Numbered from the stretch's first letter, positions 9,854 through 20,643 are shown. The stretch: DNA of 64,000 nucleotides from a candidate division WS1 bacterium (GCA_003566775.1 PXBW01000079.1:18635-82634), one strand, 5' to 3'. Numbers and translations are program-made. Notes: generated by a model not told the origin, from the sequence alone.

Positions 9854-10218
9854 TGTTCGCGCCTCCCTTGACTGCTCGATGCTGCGGTGTGATGCTTTGC
9901 GGTCACACCGACGGTCCCCTTCTCCGCTGGCGCAGCGTATCCTGCATTGACGGTAATGCTGTTCCGGTTGTCCAACGACCCCCGGCGAGGGCGCCGGGGC
10001 CACAACGACAACGGCCGAACGCATACGGGTGGTCCGAGCGACGTTGCGCAGGAACGTTGGGAGGACCGGGAGGGCGCCGTGAGCCGTCGCACGAATCTTC
10101 TACCGGTGCAGGGTCACGGGCATCGAGAATGAATCGCCTGCAGTCCGCTCCGGGCGCAGGATAATCTCCCCGCGCGTGGAAGGGGGCGGGACGAACCGCA
10201 CAACTCAGGGGAACTTCT

Positions 10219-11436
10219 GTGGGAGGAGACAGAGCAGTGCAGCGCACTTACGCAGGTGATGATTCCGGACGGGCATGCGCGGTGACGCGCGGCCCGAAGC
10301 ACCATTGGTTCGGCTACTACGACAAGTGTCCGTGGAGCGCCGACGGGCGCTACATGCTGGCGATGGAAGCGGATTTCATGGATCGTCCGGGCCGCCCCGA
10401 TGATTCGATTCGCGTCGGCCTGGTAGATCTCGAGGAGGGCGACGGGGAATTCCACGCGCTCGACGAAACCCACGCGTGGTGCTGGCAGCAGGGCACGATG
10501 CTGCAGTGGCTCGGCACCGACCCGAATCGCCTGATCATCTACAACTCCGTGGAGGACGGGCGGTACGTCTCGATCATCCGCGACATTCACTCCGGCGAGA
10601 CGCGGACGATTCCGCGACCCATCTATGCAGTCAGTCCCGACGGGACACAGGCGATCGGCCTGAATTTCGCGCGCGTGAATCGGACCCGTCCGGGTTACGG
10701 CTACCGGGCCCTTCCTGACCCCACCGAAGGCGAGATGCATCCCGAGGACGATGGAATCTGGCATATTGACCTCGAGACGGGCGAGACTGAGCTTGTCATC
10801 ACCATCGATCAGATCGTCGGCATCGCTTATCGCCAGAGCATGGAGAACGAGAACTGGTTCAATCATATGCAGTTCTGCACCGATGGTAGCCGCTTTGTCT
10901 GGCTGCACCGCTGGTACCGACCGGGCGCCGCGAGCGACAAGTTCAGCGGTAAGGCGCGCTTCACCCGCATGTTCACCGCAAACCCGGACGGCTCGGACAT
11001 CTACCTGCTGGCCGACGACGATATGGTCTCACACTTCGACTGGCTCGATGAGCGGCATATCGTTGCGTGGGCGCAGCATCGGCAGATCGGAAGCCGGTAC
11101 TTCCTCTACCGCGATGAGAGCCCGTGGCTTTCGGTCGTCGGCGGCGACGTCTTCACCAGCGACGGGCATATGTCGTACTCACCAGGCGACCGGAGGTACT
11201 TGCTCACGGACACCTATTGGGACGCGGAGATGAAGCGCTCGCTTCTTATCTATGACACGGAGACCGGCGCGCGCGCGGACCTCGGGCGCTTCCTGTCGCC
11301 GAGGCGCTACTCCGAGGAGATTCGCTGCGACCTGCACCCGCGCTGGAATCGCGACGGCACGCAGGTGTGCTTCGACTCGATCCACGAGAGCACGCGGCAG
11401 ATGTACGTGATCGACCTCGAAGGCATCGTGGAGTAG
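10219..11436 (+). CDS. oligogalacturonide-lyase-family (TolB-like beta-propeller) protein
   Basis: About 400 aa. Repeated DG/SPDG blade motifs and a C-terminal CDLHPRWNRDGTQVCFDS motif typical of the Ogl family. Likely start is the in-frame GTG at 10237, 9 nt after a GGGAGGAG RBS. Confidence 0.55.
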   Translation: MGGDRAVQRTYAGDDSGRACAVTRGPKHHWFGYYDKCPWSADGRYMLAMEADFMDRPGRPDDSIRVGLVDLEEGDGEFHALDETHAWCWQQGTMLQWLGTDPNRLIIYNSVEDGRYVSIIRDIHSGETRTIPRPIYAVSPDGTQAIGLNFARVNRTRPGYGYRALPDPTEGEMHPEDDGIWHIDLETGETELVITIDQIVGIAYRQSMENENWFNHMQFCTDGSRFVWLHRWYRPGAASDKFSGKARFTRMFTANPDGSDIYLLADDDMVSHFDWLDERHIVAWAQHRQIGSRYFLYRDESPWLSVVGGDVFTSDGHMSYSPGDRRYLLTDTYWDAEMKRSLLIYDTETGARADLGRFLSPRRYSEEIRCDLHPRWNRDGTQVCFDSIHESTRQMYVIDLEGIVE

Positions 11437-11485
11437 GGCCGTCGGCTAACGCACAGCAACCCGCGTCGGTTGGGAGGCGCATTCG

Positions 11486-12178
11486 ATGATCTGTTACATA
11501 GTCACCGAGACGCGCGAGAAGTACGATGAGATGGACTGCCACGCAATCAAGCACGACCTCGAGAAGCTCAGCGGCGACCTGTGCCTGGTCATGCACTTCA
11601 GCCAGGTGACGCGCGAGTTTGTCGATGATGTACGGCCGTGGGCGATCTGCCACTCGGGAAAGTCCACGCCGCTGGCCGAGTACGACCTGATGGAGCATGA
11701 GCAATACCGGTGGCTCATCACCGAGTCCGGTGTTCCGCAGATCGGCTTCTGTGGTGGCAAGAACATCATCGTGGAGATGTTCGGCGGCTCCACCGGCAGG
11801 ATGCGCGAGCTGCGGCCCGATGAGCCGGACCTCGCGCCACAGTACCGCCAGGGCTGGTTCAAGGAGTGGGGCGTGTGGCCCATCGAGATCGTGGCCGACG
11901 ATCCGCTCTTCGCATGGCTCGACAGCCCGATCCGGGTCTGGGTCATGCACTGCGGCGAGACGACGATGATCCCCGAGGGCTTCCGGCTTCTCGCCTCGAG
12001 CGCCGACTGCCGGGTCCAGGCGCTGGTGCATGAGGAACTGCCGCTCTACGGCACACAGTTCCATCCCGAGAAGCGCCAGGAGGGCTATCCGGACGGTTTC
12101 CGGGTGCTCTCCAACTTCTTTGACATCGCGCGCGAGCACCATGCATCGCAATCACGGCCGCCGGGAGGCACCAGATGA
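11486..12178 (+). CDS. class-I glutamine-amidotransferase-like protein (peptidase C26 / PuuD-like gamma-glutamyl hydrolase family), copy 1
   Basis: 230 aa. Nucleophile elbow GFCGG and C-terminal YGTQFHPE (His-Glu of the Cys-His-Glu triad). Stop overlaps the next start (ATGA). Confidence 0.75.
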   Translation: MICYIVTETREKYDEMDCHAIKHDLEKLSGDLCLVMHFSQVTREFVDDVRPWAICHSGKSTPLAEYDLMEHEQYRWLITESGVPQIGFCGGKNIIVEMFGGSTGRMRELRPDEPDLAPQYRQGWFKEWGVWPIEIVADDPLFAWLDSPIRVWVMHCGETTMIPEGFRLLASSADCRVQALVHEELPLYGTQFHPEKRQEGYPDGFRVLSNFFDIAREHHASQSRPPGGTR

Positions 12179-12834
12179 TCTGCTATATCGTGACCGAGAC
12201 ACGCGAGAAGTACGACGAGATGGACTGCCACGCGATCAAGCACGACCTCGAGAAGCTCAGCGACGACCTGTGCCTGGTCATGCACTTCAGCCAGGTGACG
12301 CGCGAGTTCGTCGATGATGTACGGCCGTGGGCGATCTGCCACTCGGGAGGCTCGACGCCGCACGACGAGTACGACGTGCTTGAACGCGAGGATTACACCT
12401 GGCTGATCACCGAATCGGGCGTTCCGCAGATCGGTTTCTGCGGCGGGCATCAACTGATCGCGGAGATGTTCGGCTCCGAGGTGGGCACCATGCGCGAGCT
12501 TCGCGACGACGAAGCGGATCTCAATCCCGACTATCATCCGGGTTTGTTCAAGGAGTCGGGCGTCTGGCCGGTCAGGATCATAGCTGAGGACCCGCTGTTT
12601 GAGGGCCTACCCGAGCTAATCCGGGTGCGACAGTCCCATCGCAGCGAGGTCAAACAGCTTCCCGCGAGCTTCCGGCTATTGGCGTCGAGCGCCGACTGCG
12701 AGATCCAGGCGATAGTGCACGAAGAGATGCCGCTCTACGGAACGCAGTTTCACCCGGAGAGCCGCCTGGAGAACTATCCGGACGGCCATGCGATCGTGAG
12801 CAACTTCTTCGGCATTGCGCGAGAGCGCGGATAG
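12175..12834 (+). CDS. class-I glutamine-amidotransferase-like protein (peptidase C26-like), copy 2 (tandem paralog)
   Basis: 219 aa. First ~58 residues identical to copy 1 except one substitution, and the first ~170 nt are nearly identical. Same GFCGG and YGTQFHPE motifs. The remainder diverges to roughly 60% identity. Confidence 0.75.
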   Translation: MICYIVTETREKYDEMDCHAIKHDLEKLSDDLCLVMHFSQVTREFVDDVRPWAICHSGGSTPHDEYDVLEREDYTWLITESGVPQIGFCGGHQLIAEMFGSEVGTMRELRDDEADLNPDYHPGLFKESGVWPVRIIAEDPLFEGLPELIRVRQSHRSEVKQLPASFRLLASSADCEIQAIVHEEMPLYGTQFHPESRLENYPDGHAIVSNFFGIARERG

Positions 12835-12913
12835 CGGGCAACGAGCCGGGCGGTTGCCGTCCACTGTGCAGCTTGCCCGTCACTGCCGTCACCGTCTTGA
12901 AAGGACGATCCTC

Positions 12914-14314
12914 ATGCGCTTCATGGAGCCGGAGGACCTCGCGCGCATCAACGAGCGCAGCCTCGATCTGCTGGAAGAGATCGGACTGCGCATCGACCAC
13001 GAACTTGTGACCGAGAAGCTACTTGCCGCCGGCTGTCGCGAGCTTACCTCCGGGATGATCTCCTTCCCGCGCGAGCTTGTCGCCGCGTGTCTGGAGCAGG
13101 CGCCGTCGGAGGTGCTGCTTGCGCCGGTCGAGGGTGAGCCCGCTCGCATCGGCCCCGGCGGCGACACGGTCTTCTGGACCGGCAACGCGCTCAGCTACGT
13201 CGAGGGAACCGAGGCCCGCCCGATCAATGAGCCGGAATTCATCGCCCTGACCCGTGTCACCGACGCGCTGGAGCACGCACAGGCGGCGGTGGGCCCCACG
13301 ATCGACGATATCCCCGCGCAGTTCCGCGACTTCGTGGGATGCCGGATGCTTGCGCAGCACACGCGCAAGCACCTGCGCCCGTGCATATACACACCCCGCG
13401 GCGGGGCGGCGATCGTCGAGATGGGCCGCGTGCTGGCAGATCCGGATCCGCTGCGCGAGCGGCCGGTGGTCAGCTTCGGGTATACGTCGGTCAGTCCCCT
13501 GCACTGGACTGAGCCGGGGCTGGAGATGTTCGTGCAGACCTCCGGACACGGTGTGCCGATGATGATCAACTCCGAGCCGACCGCGGGCGCGACCTCACCC
13601 GTCACGCTCGGAGGAACGCTGATGCTCGCGAATGCTGAGGCGCTGTCGGGCGTGGTAATCGTGCAGACGCTCGAACCCGGTCGTCCGTGCGTCTTCAACC
13701 TCGGCTTCGCGCACACGATGGACATGCGCCACGCGATCACGCGCACCGGCGGGCCTGAGAACGGTATCATGGGCGCAATCGGCGCGGAGCTTGCGCGCAT
13801 GCACGGGCTGCCGAGCGCCTCATGGATGAGCACCGAGTCGATGGTGGTCGACGAGCAGGCGGCGTGGGAGAAGATGAACGTGGGCCTGATGCACGCGCTC
13901 GCGGGCGTCAATATCATCTGGGGCATGGGGCAGCTTGAGTCACAGCGCGTGCTGTCTCCGGAGATGATGGTGATCGACGACGAGATCGCGGGCGCCGCGC
14001 TGCGGGCGGCGAGAATGCCCGAGGTTGACGACGAATCGCTGGTATATGACGCGGTCGCGGAGATGGCCGCCGTGCCTGACTACCTCAGCCACCCGCACAC
14101 CCTCGCCTACTTTCGCACCGAGCTTTTCGAGCCGTCGCTGGGCTTCGTCGGGCGGCGTGAGGGCTGGGAGGCAGAGGGTGCGCGGTCCGCAGTGGAGAGG
14201 GCGCGCCAGCGAGTGGACGAGATCCTCGCGCGGCCAGAGCAGCCGCGTCTCGACGAGGACCGCGAGCGCGAACTGCTGCGCATAGAGTCGCGCTGGAAGG
14301 AGGAGCTTGCGTGA
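12914..14314 (+). CDS. MttB-family (trimethylamine / glycine-betaine:corrinoid methyltransferase superfamily, non-pyrrolysine) protein
   Basis: About 466 aa from the ATG at 12914, with a GAAAGGACG RBS. C-terminal family signature VPDYLSHPHTLAYFRTELFEPSL. Uninterrupted: no in-frame amber codon. The ORF track starts further upstream at 12815. Confidence 0.7.
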   Translation: MRFMEPEDLARINERSLDLLEEIGLRIDHELVTEKLLAAGCRELTSGMISFPRELVAACLEQAPSEVLLAPVEGEPARIGPGGDTVFWTGNALSYVEGTEARPINEPEFIALTRVTDALEHAQAAVGPTIDDIPAQFRDFVGCRMLAQHTRKHLRPCIYTPRGGAAIVEMGRVLADPDPLRERPVVSFGYTSVSPLHWTEPGLEMFVQTSGHGVPMMINSEPTAGATSPVTLGGTLMLANAEALSGVVIVQTLEPGRPCVFNLGFAHTMDMRHAITRTGGPENGIMGAIGAELARMHGLPSASWMSTESMVVDEQAAWEKMNVGLMHALAGVNIIWGMGQLESQRVLSPEMMVIDDEIAGAALRAARMPEVDDESLVYDAVAEMAAVPDYLSHPHTLAYFRTELFEPSLGFVGRREGWEAEGARSAVERARQRVDEILARPEQPRLDEDRERELLRIESRWKEELA

Positions 14315-14787
14315 CCGGTGACGCGGTGCATCGCGAGCGGCAGTGGGTTGGCTGGTGGGTGCATCTGGTCATGGCTGCGCTGCTGGTGGGCGGTGTCCTG
14401 ACGGAACTGGGCGTCGATGATGAGCCACAGTCATCTCTGCTTCTCGTTGTACTGGTGGTAATCATCGGACTGCTCTACCTCGTGCTGATGCCGATGGAGG
14501 TCGAGGTGGTCAATGAGAAGATGGAAGTTCGCTTCGGTCAGTTCGGTCGGCCTCGCTGGCGTTTCGATCTGGACCGAATACGAGGCGCGCGGCAGGTCGA
14601 GTTTTCCCCGCTGAAGGATTACGGCGGCTGGGGCATCCGCACGAGACGCGGGAAGGTATGTCTGAATCAGCGCGGAGATCGCGGGGTCGAGTTTGACTAT
14701 AACGAGCGGACCTACGTCGTTGGCAGCGATGATCCGGAGAGGCTGTTGGAAGCGCTGAGCGAGGCGGGTGCCGGCAGCGCGCAGTGA
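14311..14787 (+). CDS. membrane-anchored bacterial PH-domain (bPH) protein
   Basis: 158 aa. Two predicted TM helices, then a bPH-like motif (DYGGWGIRTRRGKVCLN...VVGSDDPERLLEAL). Start overlaps the MttB stop (GTGA). Confidence 0.55.
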   Translation: MTGDAVHRERQWVGWWVHLVMAALLVGGVLTELGVDDEPQSSLLLVVLVVIIGLLYLVLMPMEVEVVNEKMEVRFGQFGRPRWRFDLDRIRGARQVEFSPLKDYGGWGIRTRRGKVCLNQRGDRGVEFDYNERTYVVGSDDPERLLEALSEAGAGSAQ

Positions 14788-14911
14788 ATCTACCGAAGAG
14801 AGCCGTGGCGAACGGGATGACGTGGAAGCAATACAGGCCCAATGCTGAAGCGGGCGGCCCGAAGTCGGGCCGCCCGCGGTTTGCTGCAACTGACGCAACG
14901 ACAGGTTCGGC

Positions 14912-16582
<1,671 letters not shown>

Positions 16583-16599
16583 TTATCGTGTGCGGCTGA

Positions 16600-16887
16600 T
16601 CAGCCCTCGCGCACTGCGAGGATATCGCTCTCGGTGATGATGAGGTACTCCTCACCTTCGATCTCGACCTCCGTACCGCCGTATGACGCGTAGATCACGA
16701 TGTCGCCCTCGTCGACTGCGACACCCATCGGCTCACCGTCGTCACCGATTTCACCGGGACCGGCGGCAATAACTTTGCCTTCCCGCGGCCGTTCCTGTGC
16801 GGCCTCGGGCAGGATAATCCCGCCCGCGCTCGTCTCCTCTGCCTCGAGCGGCTGGACAAGCACCCGGGCACCAAGAGGCTGAAGCAT
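16600..16887 (-). CDS. groS: co-chaperonin GroES (Cpn10)
   Basis: 95 aa. [28 protein letters not shown] is classic GroES. Sits 44 nt upstream of groL. Confidence 0.95.
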   Translation of the reverse strand: MLQPLGARVLVQPLEAEETSAGGIILPEAAQERPREGKVIAAGPGEIGDDGEPMGVAVDEGDIVIYASYGGTEVEIEGEEYLIITESDILAVREG

Positions 16888-16986
16888 TTGCAGACACCAC
16901 CCTTACTTACATCATGCTACCTGTGATTTTACCGAAATTCGTCCAATGCCCCTCTCTGTGGGGCGGAGCGGGCTTCTAAACCCGAG

Positions 16987-17013
16987 TTAGCACTCGTAAT
17001 ATGAGAGTGCTAA
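16987..17013. promoter_or_regulatory. CIRCE operator (HrcA binding site) TTAGCACTC-N9-GAGTGCTAA
   Basis: Perfect CIRCE consensus, TTAGCACTCgtaatatgaGAGTGCTAA. On the transcribed strand it lies immediately downstream of the groES promoter -10 element. Confidence 0.85.
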
Positions 17014-17021
17014 CCGGCAGT

Positions 17022-17049
17022 ATTATACACGACTCGTCTCTGCTGTCAA
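17022..17049 (-). promoter_or_regulatory. sigma-A/sigma-70 promoter of groES-groEL (TTGACA -35, 16-nt spacer, TATAAT -10)
   Basis: Reverse complement reads cggacTTGACAgcagagacgagtcgtgTATAATactgccgg, followed directly by CIRCE. Confidence 0.6.
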
Positions 17050-17273
17050 GTCCGTTTATCGCCGCGCGGGAGATCACGCTGAGCGTATGATGCAGTTCCG
17101 GCGAAGAAGGCCGGTCGCTCGAAGTTGGGATCCGAAGCAAACTCGACCGGCTAACGCAGGAACAGATTGAGCAATAATCTCCAATACTGGGGAGGGATCT
17201 CTCGCAGGCCGGGGAAATATCCAATGATAGCCCTTCCCGTCATGCGCAGACATGAAGAGAGGAGTGGAGTGTC

Positions 17274-17930
17274 ATGAAGACGAGGCGAGGATTCACGCTA
17301 ATTGAGCTACTGGTGGTGATCGCCATCATCGCCATCCTTGCGGCAATTCTGTTCCCGGTGTTCGCAAGGGCGCGCGAGAGGGCGAGGCAAACGAGCTGTC
17401 TGAGCAACGTAAAGCAGATTACTCTCGCTTTCCTCATGTACGCACAGGACTACAATGAAGTCATGGCACCACGTTACTATCGGTACGATCCTGACGTTGC
17501 AGGTGGCCCCCACTGGGACGTACTGCTGTATCCTTACACGATGAGCATGGACATATACGTCTGTCCGAACACCCGGGCGCAGTCTTACGGATACAATGAC
17601 CGCACATTGGCTTATGAGTCAATGGCCGAGGCAACTCGCCCGGCGGAACTGGTCATTCTGTGTGATGTTAAGATGGGCCAGCGTCCGGATGCATCACCGG
17701 GTTGGCCGCGACGCGTGGGACATCCATCCCAGTACGGTGATCCGCCCGCAGTGCCCGAAAACGACGAAGACCCTTATCCGCTGGATGGGGATCCATACTA
17801 CACCGGCCGAGCGCGGGGCGTGCATAACGGCGGAGCGAATGTGGGATACCTGGACGGTCACGCCAAATGGTCCCCCACCAGCCAGTTCTTCTATGGTCAG
17901 AATCCAACCAACAGGTTCTTCGAGTTCTGA
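17274..17930 (+). CDS. prepilin-type N-terminal cleavage/methylation-domain protein of the DUF1559 (H-X9-DG) family
   Basis: [31 protein letters not shown]-terminus (type IV pilin-like signal). C-terminal [14 protein letters not shown] (H-X9-DG). RBS AGAGGAGTGGAG. Confidence 0.85.
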   Translation: MKTRRGFTLIELLVVIAIIAILAAILFPVFARARERARQTSCLSNVKQITLAFLMYAQDYNEVMAPRYYRYDPDVAGGPHWDVLLYPYTMSMDIYVCPNTRAQSYGYNDRTLAYESMAEATRPAELVILCDVKMGQRPDASPGWPRRVGHPSQYGDPPAVPENDEDPYPLDGDPYYTGRARGVHNGGANVGYLDGHAKWSPTSQFFYGQNPTNRFFEF

Positions 17931-18120
17931 GGTACCCATATGATGTAAGAACATCTGAAGGGGCAGCATTAGATCGGAGGCGGCACGGGATGCCGCCTCC
18001 GATACGTTTAACGAGGCCGCTTCGTCTGCCGATTACCTGTACAAGAATCAAATGCAGGATTCGCCGCATGTTGGTGGAAATATCGCCCGCCGCGCATCAT
18101 GGTACGAGGGAGATTAACAG

Positions 18121-19401
18121 ATGGCCAGGTTGAACGTCGGCACAGGCAGCGGCAACAGGAGCAGTGGGGGAGGTGGATGCGGTGGAGCCGTGCTGGGGGT
18201 GCTTCTGGGGTTGATAATGATTCCGGTGGGCTTTTACGTAGCGTACCATGGTGAAGCGAGGCTGGTGGATCACAGTAAGGTCTTCGAGAGCGTAGAGATG
18301 TCGTCGCCGGAAGCTGCCGTAGCGATGGACGGCGAACTGGTCAAGTTCTCCGGCGAGCCGCAGGGGCAGTTTCTCACTATCCCGCAGGCGGGTGGCGAGT
18401 TTCTATACTGGACGAGGCAGTTGGAGGAGTACGTTGAGGAAGAGGACTCGGATGGTAATGTCGAGTATCGATGGCGCTCGAGACAGAGTGAGACGCACTG
18501 GGTGGATGCTTTTGAGATCGGGTCGATAAGCGTGCGCCCCGACGGCGCTCACCCTGTGGGGCGGCGGGAGGTTTACTCCGCCTACAAGCGCCGGTATGAG
18601 ACCAGCTTCCGCGAGAGTACACAGCCCGGCACACCAGAGGTCGGCGACCAGCGTGAGACGATCGATGTGCTGCGGGCATCGACACCGGCGATAGTGCTCG
18701 GGGAGATGTCTAACGGTAGCGTGCAGGGCGGGAGCAGCTTCATAGTAAGCACGCTCAATGAACAGCAGACGCAGGAGACCCTCAGGAGCGAGTACGTGGC
18801 GGCCTACTGGGGTCTCAAGGCGGGAGCGGTTGCTCTGATCTTCTTTGGGATAATGTCGGTATTCGGCCCGCTGACCAAACTTGTCGGATACGTTCCGCTG
18901 GTGGGAGACGGCCTGTCATGCGCATTCTCCGCAGCCGCGTTCGTCTTTGCTGTTGTCTCGGTGACGATCATCACGGTGTTCATGCAGGCGTTCTGGGTGC
19001 TTGTTGCACTTGCGCTGTTGGCGGTAGCTTTCATGATCTTCCGCGGCGTGACAACACCGCGCAATCGTCCGGGCTCTGAGGCTGAGATCCCAGCACCGGA
19101 CAGTTCACCTTCGCCCGGCGGTGCGACACCGCCCCCTCCGACGGGAGTGGCGCCCGAAGATGAAGCATCCCGGGCTGTCCCCCGGCCGGTCGAAGCCTCA
19201 CAGCCGGCCAAGCCGGTTGAGGATACACCTTCAGCACCGGTCGCACCCCCGCCAGGGGTAGCGGAGGAGCAGTCTGAGGATAGCGCCCCGTCACCGGGGC
19301 AAGAGGGGGATTCGGCCGGTCCGAAGTTCTGCGCCGGTTGCGGTTCGCGGCTGGTGCCGGGCGGCAAGTTCTGCGGTTCGTGTGGGGAGAACGTGCAGTA
19401 G
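18121..19401 (+). CDS. TMEM43/DUF1625-like membrane protein with Pro-rich linker and C-terminal double zinc ribbon
   Basis: 426 aa. N-terminal Gly-rich segment plus TM, then an ~200-aa soluble domain, a cluster of 3-4 TM helices, a Pro/Ser-rich linker, and KFCAGCGSRLVPGGKFCGSCG (zinc ribbon). Confidence 0.5.
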   Translation: MARLNVGTGSGNRSSGGGGCGGAVLGVLLGLIMIPVGFYVAYHGEARLVDHSKVFESVEMSSPEAAVAMDGELVKFSGEPQGQFLTIPQAGGEFLYWTRQLEEYVEEEDSDGNVEYRWRSRQSETHWVDAFEIGSISVRPDGAHPVGRREVYSAYKRRYETSFRESTQPGTPEVGDQRETIDVLRASTPAIVLGEMSNGSVQGGSSFIVSTLNEQQTQETLRSEYVAAYWGLKAGAVALIFFGIMSVFGPLTKLVGYVPLVGDGLSCAFSAAAFVFAVVSVTIITVFMQAFWVLVALALLAVAFMIFRGVTTPRNRPGSEAEIPAPDSSPSPGGATPPPPTGVAPEDEASRAVPRPVEASQPAKPVEDTPSAPVAPPPGVAEEQSEDSAPSPGQEGDSAGPKFCAGCGSRLVPGGKFCGSCGENVQ

Positions 19402-19446
19402 AGGCGGGTGGGGCGGCCAGATTACAGCAGCAGGAAGGGGTCCGTG

Positions 19447-20130
19447 ATGGATTACCAGATTCGCGGCACGGTGATGCAGAGTGTAGAGATCACGCTGGAG
19501 CAGGGGGAGACGGTGTACACCGAAGCAGGCGGTATGTCATGGATGACCGCGAACATCGAGATGAACGCGGAGATGAAGGGTGGCCTGATGCAGGCGTTGC
19601 GGCGGAAGGCCTCAGGCGAGTCGATGTTCATGACTGATTACACCTGCACCTCGGGTACCGGCTTCGTCAACTTCACGCTCGAGGTGCCGGGCAAAGTCAT
19701 CCCGCAGCAGCTTGCGGAAGGACAGAGTCTCATCTGCCAGCGAGATTCATTCATGGTGGCGGAGGCTTCGGTGGGCCTGGATATGCATCTGCACCGGCGG
19801 CTGGGAGCCATGTTCTTCGGTGGCGAGGGGATGATCCTGCAGAAGGTAAGCGGTCCGGGGCTTGCGTTCTTTGAGATAGACGGTGAGGTGGTGGAGTACA
19901 ATCTTCAGGCCGGTCAGGGGCTGAGGATCGATCCGGGACATATCGCGATGATGGACCCCACGGTGGACTTCAACATAACGCGTGTATCAGGAGTGAGGAA
20001 CGTGCTGTTCTCGGGGGAGGGTCTGTTTCTTGCGACGGTGACCGGCCCCGGACGCGTCTGGTTGCAGACTATGCCTCTGGCGAGTCTCGCGATGCGCCTG
20101 ATTCCGTATATACCGAGTTCATCAAGCTGA
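19447..20130 (+). CDS. TIGR00266 / AIM24-family protein (DUF124)
   Basis: MDYQIRGTVMQSVEITLEQGETVYTEAGGMSWM is the characteristic N-terminus of the AIM24/TIGR00266 family. About 228 aa. RBS AGGAAGGGG before the ATG at 19447; the ORF track begins at 19408. Confidence 0.7.
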   Translation: MDYQIRGTVMQSVEITLEQGETVYTEAGGMSWMTANIEMNAEMKGGLMQALRRKASGESMFMTDYTCTSGTGFVNFTLEVPGKVIPQQLAEGQSLICQRDSFMVAEASVGLDMHLHRRLGAMFFGGEGMILQKVSGPGLAFFEIDGEVVEYNLQAGQGLRIDPGHIAMMDPTVDFNITRVSGVRNVLFSGEGLFLATVTGPGRVWLQTMPLASLAMRLIPYIPSSSS

Positions 20131-20226
20131 GAGCGGGGGACGCGGATCGCAGCCGCCAGAGCGCGATGTACGCCATGTTCTGAAGCAGGCCAAGCTGCGA
20201 CCGCCCCCATTGCCGCAAACCAGGAG

Positions 20227-20643
20227 CTACTCGTCTTCGGTGTCGAGGCCGAGAGCCTCGGACGCCGCCTCGAGGTCGGCATCGGCGAAGGTGAGCAGGG
20301 CGGCGTAGTTGCCTCCGGCGGAGAGCGCGGCCACGTCTTCGATGCTGATGCCTGCCTGCGCGATCTGCGCGGTGATCTCGCAGAGGGCACCCACGCGGTC
20401 TTCGCCCTCGATCAGAAAAACGGGTCTCATCTGCAGAGAGACACCATGTCGGGAAGCGAGTTTCCGCACAGCCTCAATGTCCTCGGGTACTGCAAGCAGC
20501 GCCGTTCCGTGTCGCCTGAGACTTGCGACTGCCACCATGCTGACACCCGCGCTGCGCAACTCACAGAGCGCCCGGTTAAGCACACCGACTTCGTCCTCCA
20601 CCTGCATGACGACCGCCGTGACCTGTCGTATTGTCTGTCGCAT
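20227..20643 (-). CDS. tandem ACT-domain protein
   Basis: About 139 aa. Two beta-alpha-beta-beta-alpha-beta ACT-like repeats (VMQVEDEVGVL ... LIEGEDRVGAL). Start at the ATG with a GGGAGGTG RBS at ~20643; the ORF track extends to 20694. Confidence 0.6.
   Translation of the reverse strand: MRQTIRQVTAVVMQVEDEVGVLNRALCELRSAGVSMVAVASLRRHGTALLAVPEDIEAVRKLASRHGVSLQMRPVFLIEGEDRVGALCEITAQIAQAGISIEDVAALSAGGNYAALLTFADADLEAASEALGLDTEDE

Noticed and set aside
8804-9871. 355-aa plus-strand ORF
   Set aside because: Antisense to the DegT-family aminotransferase. Low-complexity Arg/Leu/Ala-rich translation with no motifs.
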